A stretch of DNA of 64,000 nt from Alphaproteobacteria bacterium (GTDB taxonomy: Bacteria; Pseudomonadota; Alphaproteobacteria; UBA2966), in the NCBI GenBank assembly GCA_964291395.2, contig OZ219856.1, positions 1,184,001 through 1,248,000 on the forward strand, in the 5' to 3' direction. Both the position numbers and the translations under genes were made by a program. Positions 41,775 through 51,692 of the stretch are shown piece by piece. A model generated the notes under the pieces. It had not been told where the DNA came from, did not search any database, and worked only from the letters and a program-made list of their open reading frames with translations. The stretch's first letter is position 1, and each line of letters opens with the position of its first letter.

Positions 41775-43112
41775 CTATCGTCCCATGAACTCCTCCAGCC
41801 AGTGGATATTGTAGTCACCGGTGACGAAGTCATCGTCGTTCGTCAATTCCCGATGAAGCGGGATCGTCGTTTGGATGCCCCCGATGACGTATTCGTCGAG
41901 CGAGCGCTTCAGTCTCATCAGGCACTCCTGGCGGGTGACGCCATGCACGACGAGTTTGGCGATGAGGCTGTCGTAGTAGGGTGGCACGCAATATCCGGCA
42001 TATGCGCCGGAGTCCACGCGAACGCCGAGGCCGCCGGGAGGATGGTAGTCCGTGATCGTTCCCGGTGCAGGCGTGAAGTTCCAGGGATCTTCCGCATTGA
42101 TGCGGCATTCGATGGCGTGTCCGGCGAACCTGATGTCGTCCTGCCCGTATCCCAGGGTCTCGCCCGCCGCCACACGAATTTGCTCCTCGACGATGTCGAT
42201 GCCGGTGACCATCTCCGTGACCGGGTGTTCGACCTGCAGGCGCGTGTTCATCTCGATGAAATAGAACGCGCCACTCGAATAGAGGAACTCGACGGTACCG
42301 GCACCCCTGTACCCCAACGTCTGCATCGCGGACGTCACGCGCTGGCCGATCTCGTCCCGTTCTTCCGCCTGCAACCGTGGGGAAGGGGATTCCTCGAGGA
42401 TCTTCTGATGTCGCCGTTGCAATGAGCAATCGCGTTCGCCGAGGTGCACGACGTTGCCATGGGCGTCCGCCATGATCTGCACTTCAATATGCCGAGGCGC
42501 GGCCACGAACTTTTCGATGTAGACGGAATCGTCTCCAAAGGCGGCCCGGGCTTCGGCGCGCGCCGTTTGAAACGCCTGATCGAGGTCTGCGGACGTTTCG
42601 GCGGTCTTCATGCCACGCCCGCCGCCTCCGGCGGATGCCTTGATCAGCACGGGAAATCCGGTGTCCATCGCGACGGCGTGGGCGTCTTCGATCGTATCCA
42701 CCGTGCCGTCCGAACCGGGGACCACGGGAACGCCCAGCTTCTGCATCGTGGTTTTGGCCAGAACCTTGTCGCCCATGGCGCGGATGTGCTCGGACTTGGG
42801 GCCGATGAACGTGATCCCATGCTCTTCGACGATCGACGCAAAGCGTGCGTTCTCGGAGAGGAATCCGTACCCCGGGTGAATGGCGTCGGCACCCGCGACC
42901 TCGGCCGCCGATATGATGGCGGGAATGTTCAGATAGCTCTTGCTCGCTTCGGGCGGGCCGATGCAGACCGTCTCGTCAGCGAGACGGACGTGCATCGCCT
43001 CCGAGTCCGCGGTCGAATGCACGGCGACCGTGCTGATGCCCATCTCGCGGCAGGCACGGTGAATGCGGAGTGCGATTTCTCCACGATTCGCGATCAGGAC
43101 CTTGTCGAACAT
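41775..43112 (-). CDS. accC: Biotin carboxylase
   Basis: [52 protein letters not shown]. Confidence 0.97.
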   Translation of the reverse strand: MFDKVLIANRGEIALRIHRACREMGISTVAVHSTADSEAMHVRLADETVCIGPPEASKSYLNIPAIISAAEVAGADAIHPGYGFLSENARFASIVEEHGITFIGPKSEHIRAMGDKVLAKTTMQKLGVPVVPGSDGTVDTIEDAHAVAMDTGFPVLIKASAGGGGRGMKTAETSADLDQAFQTARAEARAAFGDDSVYIEKFVAAPRHIEVQIMADAHGNVVHLGERDCSLQRRHQKILEESPSPRLQAEERDEIGQRVTSAMQTLGYRGAGTVEFLYSSGAFYFIEMNTRLQVEHPVTEMVTGIDIVEEQIRVAAGETLGYGQDDIRFAGHAIECRINAEDPWNFTPAPGTITDYHPPGGLGVRVDSGAYAGYCVPPYYDSLIAKLVVHGVTRQECLMRLKRSLDEYVIGGIQTTIPLHRELTNDDDFVTGDYNIHWLEEFMGR

Positions 43113-43130
43113 CTTCGATGGGTCCGGTCG

Positions 43131-43577
43131 CTACTCGATGATCATCAGGACTTCGCCATATTCGACGGGCACGCCGTCGGAAACGAAAATCTGCCGGATG
43201 GTTCCGCTCCTGGGCGCAGGGATCGGATTCATCGTCTTCATGGCTTCGACGATCAGGACCGTCTGGCCCTCCGAAATCTGGGAGCCTACCTGAACGAACG
43301 GAGCGGCGCCCGGTTCGGATGCCACGTAGGCGGTGCCCACCATGGGGGACAGAACCGCGCCCGGATGGCTCGTGCGATCCGACGTCGGGGGCGTGACCTC
43401 GGCCGGAGCCGCCGCGGGCGCGGCGGCGACCGCGCCTGCGACCACGGGGCCCGACTGCCGCGCCACGCGGACCGTCCGCTCTCCGTGAGTCCATTCGATC
43501 TCCGTCAATCCCGTCTCGTCCAGGAGTCCCGCCAGCTCCCGTATCAGGTCTTTGTCGAGATCTGAACTCGCGACCAT
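43131..43577 (-). CDS. accB: Biotin carboxyl carrier protein
   Basis: Ala/Pro linker, SPMVGT, EAMKTMN biotinyl-Lys motif. Confidence 0.96.
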   Translation of the reverse strand: MVASSDLDKDLIRELAGLLDETGLTEIEWTHGERTVRVARQSGPVVAGAVAAAPAAAPAEVTPPTSDRTSHPGAVLSPMVGTAYVASEPGAAPFVQVGSQISEGQTVLIVEAMKTMNPIPAPRSGTIRQIFVSDGVPVEYGEVLMIIE

Positions 43578-43587
43578 CAGGTAGCTG

Positions 43588-44058
43588 CTACGTCGAACCG
43601 TGCGACGTCGACGCGGCCAGAATCGAGGACATGGCTTCCAGGGCGAGCGGGTACCCCTGCGGGCCAAATCCCGTGATCAGGCCCGCGGCGACCGGAGAGA
43701 TGTAGGAATGGTGCCGGAACGCCTCGCGCTTGAACAGGTTCGAAAGATGTACTTCGACGACGGGCAGCTCGGTGGCCACGAGAGCGTCCAGGATGGCGAC
43801 GGAAGTATGCGTATAGGCCCCGGCATTGATGACGATCCCGTCCGCCGACTCCCTGGCTTCCTGGATCCAGTCGACCAGCTCGCCCTCAGAGTTGCTCTGC
43901 CGGAAGTCGATCTCGAGACCGAGTTCGGCGGCCCGCGCCTGGGTGAGGCTCTTGAGGTCGTCGAGGGTATCGCTCCCGTAAATGTGCGGTTCGCGAGTTC
44001 CCAGCAAATTCAGGTTCGGTCCATTCAGGACGAATATCTTTGCTCTCATGGCACTCAT
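43588..44058 (-). CDS. aroQ: Type II 3-dehydroquinate dehydratase
   Basis: [40 protein letters not shown]. Confidence 0.96.
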   Translation of the reverse strand: MSAMRAKIFVLNGPNLNLLGTREPHIYGSDTLDDLKSLTQARAAELGLEIDFRQSNSEGELVDWIQEARESADGIVINAGAYTHTSVAILDALVATELPVVEVHLSNLFKREAFRHHSYISPVAAGLITGFGPQGYPLALEAMSSILAASTSHGST

Positions 44059-44293
44059 CGAACTGCCGAGGGAAAACGCTGAGCCGCACGGTTATAGCAC
44101 GGGCGACCATCCGCGCAATGACGCCCCGAACGGGTCGGCCCGATCGCTCCGGTCGACTTTCCCCGTGGCCCGGACCAGACCGATACGGGCGCGGACTTCG
44201 AAGCAAGGGCGTCGGCGCGCGTGCAGGTTGAAAGCGCCATTGAGTGAACCCATACTTGCTTCAGTTCCGTAGCCGTAGAGGAATGGGGGCGCG

Positions 44294-45292
44294 ATGCTTT
44301 TGACCGTAAACGGCGAGGAGCGAGAGTTCGACCGCTCCTTGACCGTCTCGCAGTTTCTCACCGAGCTCGGGGTCGATCCCCGAAAGGTCGCGCTCGAGCG
44401 GAACCTCGAGATCGTGCCCCGCTCTGCTTACGAAGTCACCGAGCTCAGCGACGGTGACCGCCTGGAGGTCGTCCACTTCATCGGCGGCGGAAGCGTGGCC
44501 GCGGAGACGTCGCCGTCCGGCGGCGAGGACGTGTTCACCGTCGCCGGTCGTGAATTCCGTTCGCGCCTGATCGTGGGTACCGGCAAGTACGAGGATTTCG
44601 AGGAGACGCGACGGGCCATCGAGGCGTCCGGCGCCGAAATCGTCACGGTGGCCGTTCGCCGGGTCAACGTGACGAATCCCGACCAGGAGATGCTGATCGA
44701 TTTCGTCGATCCCAAGAAGTACACGTACCTTCCCAACACGTCCGGGTGCTACACGGCGGAAGAGGCGCTTCGGACCTTGCGTCTCGCGCGCGAGGCGGGT
44801 GGTTGGAACCTCGTGAAGCTGGAGGTATTCGGCGAGGACAAGACTCTCTATCCCGACATGATCGAAACCCTCAAGGGAACGGAACTCCTCGTCCGGGAGG
44901 GATTCGACGTCATGGTTTACTGTTCGGACGATCCGCTCTATGCGAGGCGTCTCGAGGACGCCGGAGCCGCCGCCATCATGCCGCTGGGGGCGCCCATCGG
45001 ATCCGGACTGGGATTGCAGAACCCCGTCAATATCCGTTTGATCGTCGAGCAGGCGGACGTGCCCGTGCTGGTCGATGCGGGTGTGGGAACGGCGTCGGAC
45101 GCGACGTTCGCGATGGAGCTCGGCTGCGACGGGGTCCTGATGAACACGGCCATCGCCCACGCCGACGATCCGATCGCCATGGCGCGCGCCATGAAGCTTG
45201 CGGTGGAGTCCGGTCGTCTCGCTCATCTGGCCGGGCGCATGCCCAAGAAGATGGTTGCCGATCCCTCGTCTCCGTCGGGCGGCCTCATTTGA
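44294..45292 (+). CDS. thiG: ThiS-ThiG fusion (sulfur carrier plus thiazole synthase)
   Basis: N-terminal ThiS ending VHFIGGG, short linker, then [40 protein letters not shown]. Confidence 0.93.
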   Translation: MLLTVNGEEREFDRSLTVSQFLTELGVDPRKVALERNLEIVPRSAYEVTELSDGDRLEVVHFIGGGSVAAETSPSGGEDVFTVAGREFRSRLIVGTGKYEDFEETRRAIEASGAEIVTVAVRRVNVTNPDQEMLIDFVDPKKYTYLPNTSGCYTAEEALRTLRLAREAGGWNLVKLEVFGEDKTLYPDMIETLKGTELLVREGFDVMVYCSDDPLYARRLEDAGAAAIMPLGAPIGSGLGLQNPVNIRLIVEQADVPVLVDAGVGTASDATFAMELGCDGVLMNTAIAHADDPIAMARAMKLAVESGRLAHLAGRMPKKMVADPSSPSGGLI

Positions 45293-45310
45293 GGCAACCC
45301 AAGAGCCGCC

Positions 45311-46099
45311 GTGCCCGATGACGTCGCGTCAGTGCCCGCGCGGCCGCGCCGGTTTGGTTGGTGGGCAGTGACTCTCTGGATCGTCCTTGGGCTGTTCGTC
45401 GCGCCGATTTTGATCTCGGCCGCGCACCTCTCCCTCAAGGAGCATCCGCATTGGAGCAGGGCGAGTCACGTGTCGACCGGGCAGGCGCCCGACCCGGCCA
45501 CGACGCCGGAACCCGTGGTGCAGGTCTACGCCGCGCGGACCTGGGGCCTTCGCGGCTCGGTCGCCGTGCATACCTGGATCTCCAGCAAGCGTGCGAACGC
45601 CGATCATTACGTTCGCCACGAGATCATTGGCTGGCATCTGTACCGCGGTGGGACGGCGCTGGTCCGGGGGCCTGGCCGTCCCGACGCGATGTGGTTTTCC
45701 AATTACCCTGAACTGCTCGTCTATCTGCGCGGCGAGGATGTGGAAGACATCATCGACAAGGTCGAAGCGGCGGCTGCGGCTTATCCCTACGCGGCGACCT
45801 ATCGGACCTGGCCGGGTCCCAACAGCAACACGTTCACCGCTTTCGTCGGCCGCCAGGTGCCGGAGCTCGGGATCGATCTGCCGCCGACGGCCGTCGGCAA
45901 GGACTATCTGACGAACGGAGCCGTCATCGGACCGTCCCCCAGCGGGACGGGATACCAGGTTTCGCTTTGGGGGCTCGTGGGCGCCATGGCTGCGCTGAAG
46001 GAAGGAATCGAACTGAACCTTCTCGGGCTGGTCGTGGGGATCGATTTTCAGCCCTTCGCGCTCAAGTTGCCGGGTCTCGGGCGGCTCGGTCTGAAGTAG
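45311..46099 (+). CDS. DUF3750 family protein
   Basis: VQVYAARTWG.RG..AVHTWI, YRTWPGPNSNTF, LPPTAVGKDY. Confidence 0.8.
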   Translation: MPDDVASVPARPRRFGWWAVTLWIVLGLFVAPILISAAHLSLKEHPHWSRASHVSTGQAPDPATTPEPVVQVYAARTWGLRGSVAVHTWISSKRANADHYVRHEIIGWHLYRGGTALVRGPGRPDAMWFSNYPELLVYLRGEDVEDIIDKVEAAAAAYPYAATYRTWPGPNSNTFTAFVGRQVPELGIDLPPTAVGKDYLTNGAVIGPSPSGTGYQVSLWGLVGAMAALKEGIELNLLGLVVGIDFQPFALKLPGLGRLGLK

Positions 46100-46557
46100 G
46101 GCGGGGCCGCGGGTGTCCCGCGCGCCCGAACTCGTCCGGATCGGACCTCGGGTCCGACCGCATGTCGCGGTCGAACCGGAGCCGCTTCAGTCACGCGTCG
46201 CGCCCATCTCTTCGATGCGTCGTTGAAGTGCCAGGCGGTCGAGCGATTCGAAGGGGAGGTTCACGAAAATGGAAATCCGATTGTAGATGCGGCCATAGAC
46301 ATCGGCGAACATCGCCTTGGGCCGAGTTCCGCATGGAAAGAAATAGTACGTTGCGGACAAAGTGGTTGAGATTTGATTACGCTTCCGCCATCGAATCCGA
46401 TCCTTGCCGCCTGGAATCCTCTCGGTGCGGCGAAGCTGGGATCGGGTTGTTTCGATTACGTGTCCGTTTTGTGTCGTCTCCGGTTCGGCCGAAAAACGTA
46501 GTTCCGTGCGGGTTTTGCGGTCACCGATGGCAGACGGGCGAGGCTCGGACGCGGTTC

Positions 46558-47331
46558 CTAGCAGGTGAGGCAGCTCTCGCGCGCTTCTTCGATAAGCGCC
46601 GCCAGCTGTTCGCCGTTGACATACCCCGGAATCACCCGATCGCCGATCACGAACGCGGGGGTGCCCCGGATGCCGAGGGCCTCGGCCTGCTCGTGGTTGC
46701 GGGAGATGATGGCCTCGATCTCCGGGGAGGACATATCGCGTTTGAGCCGGTCGGGATCGAGTCCGACGTCGTTCGCGATATCAAGGACCCGGCGCTCCGA
46801 GAATGTCCCCCGCGACTCCATCAGCGCGTTGTGGAACGGCATGTAGAGGTCCCTGTTCTGCATGCGGGCGGCGAGCGCCGCGCGCGAGGCCCTGACGGAA
46901 TCGGGACCGAGGATGGGGTATTCCTTGAACACGATGCGAACGTTCGTGTCCCTGCGCAAGAGTTCGACGAGGTTGGGAAGGAACCGCTTGCAGTACGTGC
47001 ACCGGTAGTCGAAGAACTCCACTACGGCAACGTCTCCATCCGGATTGCCGCCGACGTGCGAACCGGGGTCGCGCTCCAGGCTCGGGCGAAGGTCGGTCAG
47101 GGCTTGGCGCTGCTTTTCCCGGTTTGCCGCTTGCTCGCGCGCGTTCTTGCGCTGGACACTCTCCAGAATGACTTCCGGATTGTTGATGATGTAATCGCGA
47201 ATCATCCGCTCGATGGCGCGGCGCTCCGGATCCGTGAACGAAGCCTGGGCCTGGGAAGGAGCAATCCAGTGACCCGAGCCGACGATCATTGAAAGGATCA
47301 CGGTGCCCTGAAGAGCCGTACGCAGTTTCAT
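46558..47331 (-). CDS. DsbA-family (Com1-like) thiol-disulfide oxidoreductase
   Basis: IRDYIINNPEVI, GNPDGDV, FFDYRCTYCK, KEYPIL, GTPAF. Confidence 0.92.
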   Translation of the reverse strand: MKLRTALQGTVILSMIVGSGHWIAPSQAQASFTDPERRAIERMIRDYIINNPEVILESVQRKNAREQAANREKQRQALTDLRPSLERDPGSHVGGNPDGDVAVVEFFDYRCTYCKRFLPNLVELLRRDTNVRIVFKEYPILGPDSVRASRAALAARMQNRDLYMPFHNALMESRGTFSERRVLDIANDVGLDPDRLKRDMSSPEIEAIISRNHEQAEALGIRGTPAFVIGDRVIPGYVNGEQLAALIEEARESCLTC

Positions 47332-47538
47332 CGGGCGGCTGGTCCTGCCAAGTCTCGGTCGCGGGCCCGTGTTCCGCACGGGGCGTCACGACGCTCGGTC
47401 ACGTTCGTCTCGCGCGCATTAAGAGCATAAGAGCGGGCGCACAGGTAGAGGGAACCGGGCCGTTCACCAAGAATTGACAATGTTTCCGTGCATCGTTGGG
47501 ACGAGCCGGACGGGCCGTTTCGATCCACCCCGCGTCGG

Positions 47539-48921
47539 CTATTTCCTCCTTTTGGCGGCCGTGTTCGCGGCATCCTTGAGGTCCTGGGACCTCAGGTGGG
47601 CGGGAGTTCCTTTCGGAAGCAGTTGTTCCGCCTTGGTGGCGAAGCGCATGGCGTCCCGAGGCCGTCCGATCAACAGGTTGTACTCGGCGCTGGCCAGAGA
47701 GGAGAGTCCGATGTCGCCGTTTCGTCCGTGCGCGATCGCAAGCTGCCGCCACGCCAGGGAGACTTGTCGGTCGCGTCGCGTGGCTTCCTCCAGGTGCTTG
47801 ATAGCAGCCGGCAAGAGACTCGCCTCGTTCGCCTCGATCTGGGCCTGGGCGAGGCCGATCCTGAGAAGCGGTGCCTCGGGCAACAGGTTCACGGCGGCTT
47901 GATACGGGGCGACCGCTTCTCTCACCTTGCCGCTCTCGAACAGGATCTGCCCCTTCAATTCATTGAAGAACGGATCGTCCGGGTTCCGGGCGATCAGACT
48001 GTCTGCCTCCGCAAGCGCCTTTTCCAATAGGCCCTGACGATGATAGGCGGCGGCGCGAGCGTAGCGCGCCGGGATGGATTGGTCCGACTCGGGATACCGT
48101 CTGAGTGCTTTCTGCGGCGACCCGAGAAATCCATGGATCTTTGCCTGCATGCGCTGAAGCGTCCGCGCGGACGCGGGATCGGGAGCGCGGGGAGGGGCGG
48201 GGAAACGGGCAATCTGGTCCTTCAGAAAGCGAAGGCGGTCCCGTGTCAGCGGGTGGCTCCGCACGTAGGGGTCTTGTCGCGACGTGGCCAGGGCTTCCTG
48301 GTCCTTGATACGGTCGAGGAACGTGTAAAGGCCCTGTGAGCTCTGTCCGGCCGCGGCCAGAATCTTGACTGCGGCTTGATCCGCCGACGCTTCCTGAGAA
48401 CGGCTGTAGCTGAGGAACGAGCGCTCCGCGACCTGCTGCCCGCCCGCGATGATGGCGCTCCCCGCCTGGCCCTGACCTCCGAGGATTGCCGCCGCTCCGA
48501 GCGCCATGGCCAGGATACTGGTTGCGGAGGCGTTGCGAATCGCATCGTGGGTTCTGGCGAGATGTCCGCCGGATATGTGTCCCGTCTCGTGTGCGATGAC
48601 TCCCGCGATTTCGTTGATGTCCTCGACCATGAGGAGCAGACCGGTGTTGATGAATATCCTCTGCCCCCCGGCGACGAAGGCGTTGAGGGTGCGGTCGTTG
48701 ACGATGTGGACCTGCACCGCGCGTGCATCGAGCCCCGCCGCCGAGAAGAGTGGCGCGGCGATTTGGTGGATGATATGTTCGGTTTCCGCATCGCGGATGA
48801 GCGATATTCCCCTGGCACTGGCAGGATCGGCAGCGCCGAACGCAAGCGCGCAAACGGCCGTCCCGCACAAGGCCGTCAGACACGTCCGGGTGATGAGGTT
48901 CGGCAAATTGCTGGTTCCCAT
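47539..48921 (-). CDS. M48 metalloprotease with TPRs (BepA/YfgC-like)
   Basis: IRDAE.E, NAF, HETGH zinc motif, QE..AD, SHP, C-terminal TPRs; start uncertain. Confidence 0.9.
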   Translation of the reverse strand: MGTSNLPNLITRTCLTALCGTAVCALAFGAADPASARGISLIRDAETEHIIHQIAAPLFSAAGLDARAVQVHIVNDRTLNAFVAGGQRIFINTGLLLMVEDINEIAGVIAHETGHISGGHLARTHDAIRNASATSILAMALGAAAILGGQGQAGSAIIAGGQQVAERSFLSYSRSQEASADQAAVKILAAAGQSSQGLYTFLDRIKDQEALATSRQDPYVRSHPLTRDRLRFLKDQIARFPAPPRAPDPASARTLQRMQAKIHGFLGSPQKALRRYPESDQSIPARYARAAAYHRQGLLEKALAEADSLIARNPDDPFFNELKGQILFESGKVREAVAPYQAAVNLLPEAPLLRIGLAQAQIEANEASLLPAAIKHLEEATRRDRQVSLAWRQLAIAHGRNGDIGLSSLASAEYNLLIGRPRDAMRFATKAEQLLPKGTPAHLRSQDLKDAANTAAKRRK

Positions 48922-50521
48922 CTTCGAATCGAAAGGTAGGTGGGGGCCCGCATGCCGTCAATCGGCATGGGCGCTGACGTGCGTCGCGGTCCTCTCCGCG
49001 TGTGACGTGGCGCCCAAATCACGGGTCATCGAACCGGGCCAGGCCATCGAAGGGTTCGTCGGCGGCGTCAGCGCCGACGAACCGCGGGCCGCCGTCGAAG
49101 CCCAAGAGATTCTGGGAAGCGGAGGCACGGCCGTCGACGCGGCGGTCGCGCTTACGTTTGCGCTGTCGGTCACCTACCCGATCGCAGCCGGCCTTGGCGG
49201 TGGCGGCGCGTGCCTCGTTTACGACGCGCCCACGGGAAAGGTGGAGGCGGTCGACTTTCTGCCGCGCGCGCCGGTCGGCGGCGGCGTCATCGCCATTCCC
49301 GGCACCGTGCGTGGAATGGCGGCGTTGCATGACCGCTATGGCCGTCTGCCGTGGGGCGAACTGGTTGCGCCCGCCGAGGCCTTGGCGCGGCGCGGTCATC
49401 CGGTGTCCCGGGCCCTGGCGCGTCGGCTCGAAGGCGCTCGCGACACGGTACTCGGAAACGCCGGCCTCGGAGCGACGTTCGGCGCGGACAATGACCGCGG
49501 AGTCGTCCGGGAGGGGGACCAGCTAACTCAGATCGCGTTGTCGGCCGTGTTGGCGCAAATTCGCCTGCGCGGTCCAGGGGAGTTCTACGCCGGCCAGGCG
49601 GGTGTGAATTTGATCGACGGCGCCCGAGAGAACGGCGGCGCGTTGACCCTCGCCGACATGCGCTCAAGCCTTTCGACTTGGCGCGATTCGGTGTCCTTGC
49701 GCGTTGGCCGGTTGACCGTTCATGCCACGCCCGCGCCCCTCGTGGGCGGCGTGATCGCCGGGCAGATCTGGGCGATGACGTTGGACGAAAACAGGCTCCG
49801 AAGCGCCGACCTCGACGAGCGGCCTCACCTGTTTGCGGAGGCGTCGTCGCGGGCCTACCTGGATCGCCGCAACGCCGCGGCGCGCCCGCTGTCCGGTTTT
49901 CGCGCTCATGCGCTGATGCGGAACTACCGTTCCGACCGGCACACGCCGCTCGTCGTTGAAGGCGTGCCTCCCGTCGATGTCGACAGGTTGGACAGGGGAA
50001 CCACGAGCTTCGTGGTAGGTGACCGTGAAGGTTCGGCGGTGGCGTGCTCGCTTACCATGGGGCGGGAACTCGGAGCCGGAAGACTAGATCCGGTAACCGG
50101 AATCGTGCTGGTTCCGCCTCTCACCGAGGACGATCTGGCTTTTCTCGCCACCATGATCGTCGTGGACGAGGATTTGTCGGAGACGGTTCTCGCGATCTCG
50201 GCCTCCGGCCACGCCGCGGGACCGGCGGCGATCGCTCAGGCGCTGATCGGCCTCTCCGCTGAGGATCTGCATGTTCGCCGGCAGTTGAATCGACCGCGAA
50301 TCCTTCTCTCGGGGCAGCCCGATGCGGCCGTGGTTGAGCCCGGTATCGGCGAGAAGGTCGCGGGCGCACTGACCAGGAGGGGCCATACGCTCAAGGAGGT
50401 ACCCTTCCTGGGGCGGGTCAACGCGATCCACTGCCGGGATGGTCTGTCCAGCGGTCAGGAGACGTGCGAGTTCATGAATGATCGGCGCGGCTTCGGTCTG
50501 GCATTGGGCGAAGGGTTTTAG
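48893..50521 (+). CDS. Gamma-glutamyltransferase-family lipoprotein (start uncertain)
   Basis: Lipobox LSAC, GGTAVDAAVA, AGLGGGG, PGTVRG, GRLPW, GTTSFVV.D..G.AV. Confidence 0.82.
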   Translation: MRFGKLLVPIFESKGRWGPACRQSAWALTCVAVLSACDVAPKSRVIEPGQAIEGFVGGVSADEPRAAVEAQEILGSGGTAVDAAVALTFALSVTYPIAAGLGGGGACLVYDAPTGKVEAVDFLPRAPVGGGVIAIPGTVRGMAALHDRYGRLPWGELVAPAEALARRGHPVSRALARRLEGARDTVLGNAGLGATFGADNDRGVVREGDQLTQIALSAVLAQIRLRGPGEFYAGQAGVNLIDGARENGGALTLADMRSSLSTWRDSVSLRVGRLTVHATPAPLVGGVIAGQIWAMTLDENRLRSADLDERPHLFAEASSRAYLDRRNAAARPLSGFRAHALMRNYRSDRHTPLVVEGVPPVDVDRLDRGTTSFVVGDREGSAVACSLTMGRELGAGRLDPVTGIVLVPPLTEDDLAFLATMIVVDEDLSETVLAISASGHAAGPAAIAQALIGLSAEDLHVRRQLNRPRILLSGQPDAAVVEPGIGEKVAGALTRRGHTLKEVPFLGRVNAIHCRDGLSSGQETCEFMNDRRGFGLALGEGF

Positions 50522-50531
50522 GGTGGGCGGC

Positions 50532-51677
50532 ATGAAGATCGCGAACCGGGGCGCCGAGATTGCACCCTTCTACGCCATGGAAGTGCTGAAGGCGGCAAAC
50601 GACCGCGAGGCGGCCGGCGACGACGTGTTGCACATGGAGGTCGGGGAGCCGGGCGGCGGTTCTCCGCGCCTGGTCCTCGAGGCGGCAGAGAAGGCCCTGC
50701 GGTCCTCGCGGATCGGATATACGGAAGCGCTTGGAGTCCGCCCTCTGCGTGAGCGCATAGCCCGATACTATGAGGAGGTTCACGATACCGTCGTGGACCC
50801 CTCCCAGATCGCGATTACCACGGGGTCGTCGGGCGCGTTCGTGCTGGCATTCCTGGCCGCGTTCGATCCCGGAGATCGGGTGCTCCTGACGACACCGGGC
50901 TATCCCGCCTATCCGAACATCCTGAAATCGGTCGGTGTCGCGCCGGTGATTCTGGAAACGGGACCGGAGACCCGGTTTCAGCCGACCCCCCGACTGATTG
51001 CCGCTGCGGGTCCCGCGCCCGACGGGTTGCTGGTGGCGAGTCCCGCCAATCCGACCGGCACGATGCTCGATCGAGAAGCCATGTCGGGGCTTGCCGACCA
51101 TTGCGCCGAAAACGGTATCCGCCTGATATCCGACGAGGTCTATCACGGCATCACGTATGGGAAGCCCGCGGTGAGCGCGCTGGAGTTCAGCGAATCCGCG
51201 ATCGTCGTCAACAGCTTCTCCAAGTACTATTCCATGACGGGCTGGCGCGTGGGTTGGATGGTCGTACCGCGGGAATTGGTGCGTTCGGTGGAAATGCTGG
51301 GCCAAAGCATCGCCATTTCGGCCCCCGCCCTTTCGCAATATGCGGCGTTGGCGGCGTTCGACGCCGGCGCTGAACTCGATGCCAAAGTCGCGGGCTATGC
51401 CCGTAGTCGAGAGCTCCTGCTCAGGGAGCTGCCGCTCGCCGGATTCGATAAGCTGGCGCCGGCTGACGGCGCCTTCTACGTCTTCGCGGACGTCACCAGG
51501 CTGACCAACGACAGCATGGACTTCTGCCGCAGGATGTTGGCGGAAATCGGCGTGGCGACGACCCCCGGAATCGACTTCGATCCGGACCGCGGTCACGCCT
51601 TTGTCCGCTTTTCCTTTGCGGGCGATTACGATGACGTGGCGGAGGCGGCACGCCGTATCAAGAAATGGCTGAGCTGA
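50532..51677 (+). CDS. PLP-dependent class I/II aminotransferase
   Basis: SPANPTG, SDEVYHG, NSFSKYYSMTGWRVGW. Confidence 0.93.
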   Translation: MKIANRGAEIAPFYAMEVLKAANDREAAGDDVLHMEVGEPGGGSPRLVLEAAEKALRSSRIGYTEALGVRPLRERIARYYEEVHDTVVDPSQIAITTGSSGAFVLAFLAAFDPGDRVLLTTPGYPAYPNILKSVGVAPVILETGPETRFQPTPRLIAAAGPAPDGLLVASPANPTGTMLDREAMSGLADHCAENGIRLISDEVYHGITYGKPAVSALEFSESAIVVNSFSKYYSMTGWRVGWMVVPRELVRSVEMLGQSIAISAPALSQYAALAAFDAGAELDAKVAGYARSRELLLRELPLAGFDKLAPADGAFYVFADVTRLTNDSMDFCRRMLAEIGVATTPGIDFDPDRGHAFVRFSFAGDYDDVAEAARRIKKWLS

Positions 51678-51692
51678 GGCGGGCTGCCGGAA

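Noticed and set aside
44060-44293. TPP riboswitch upstream of thiS-thiG
   Set aside because: Only a CTGAG fragment; no CUGAGA...ACCUGA core.
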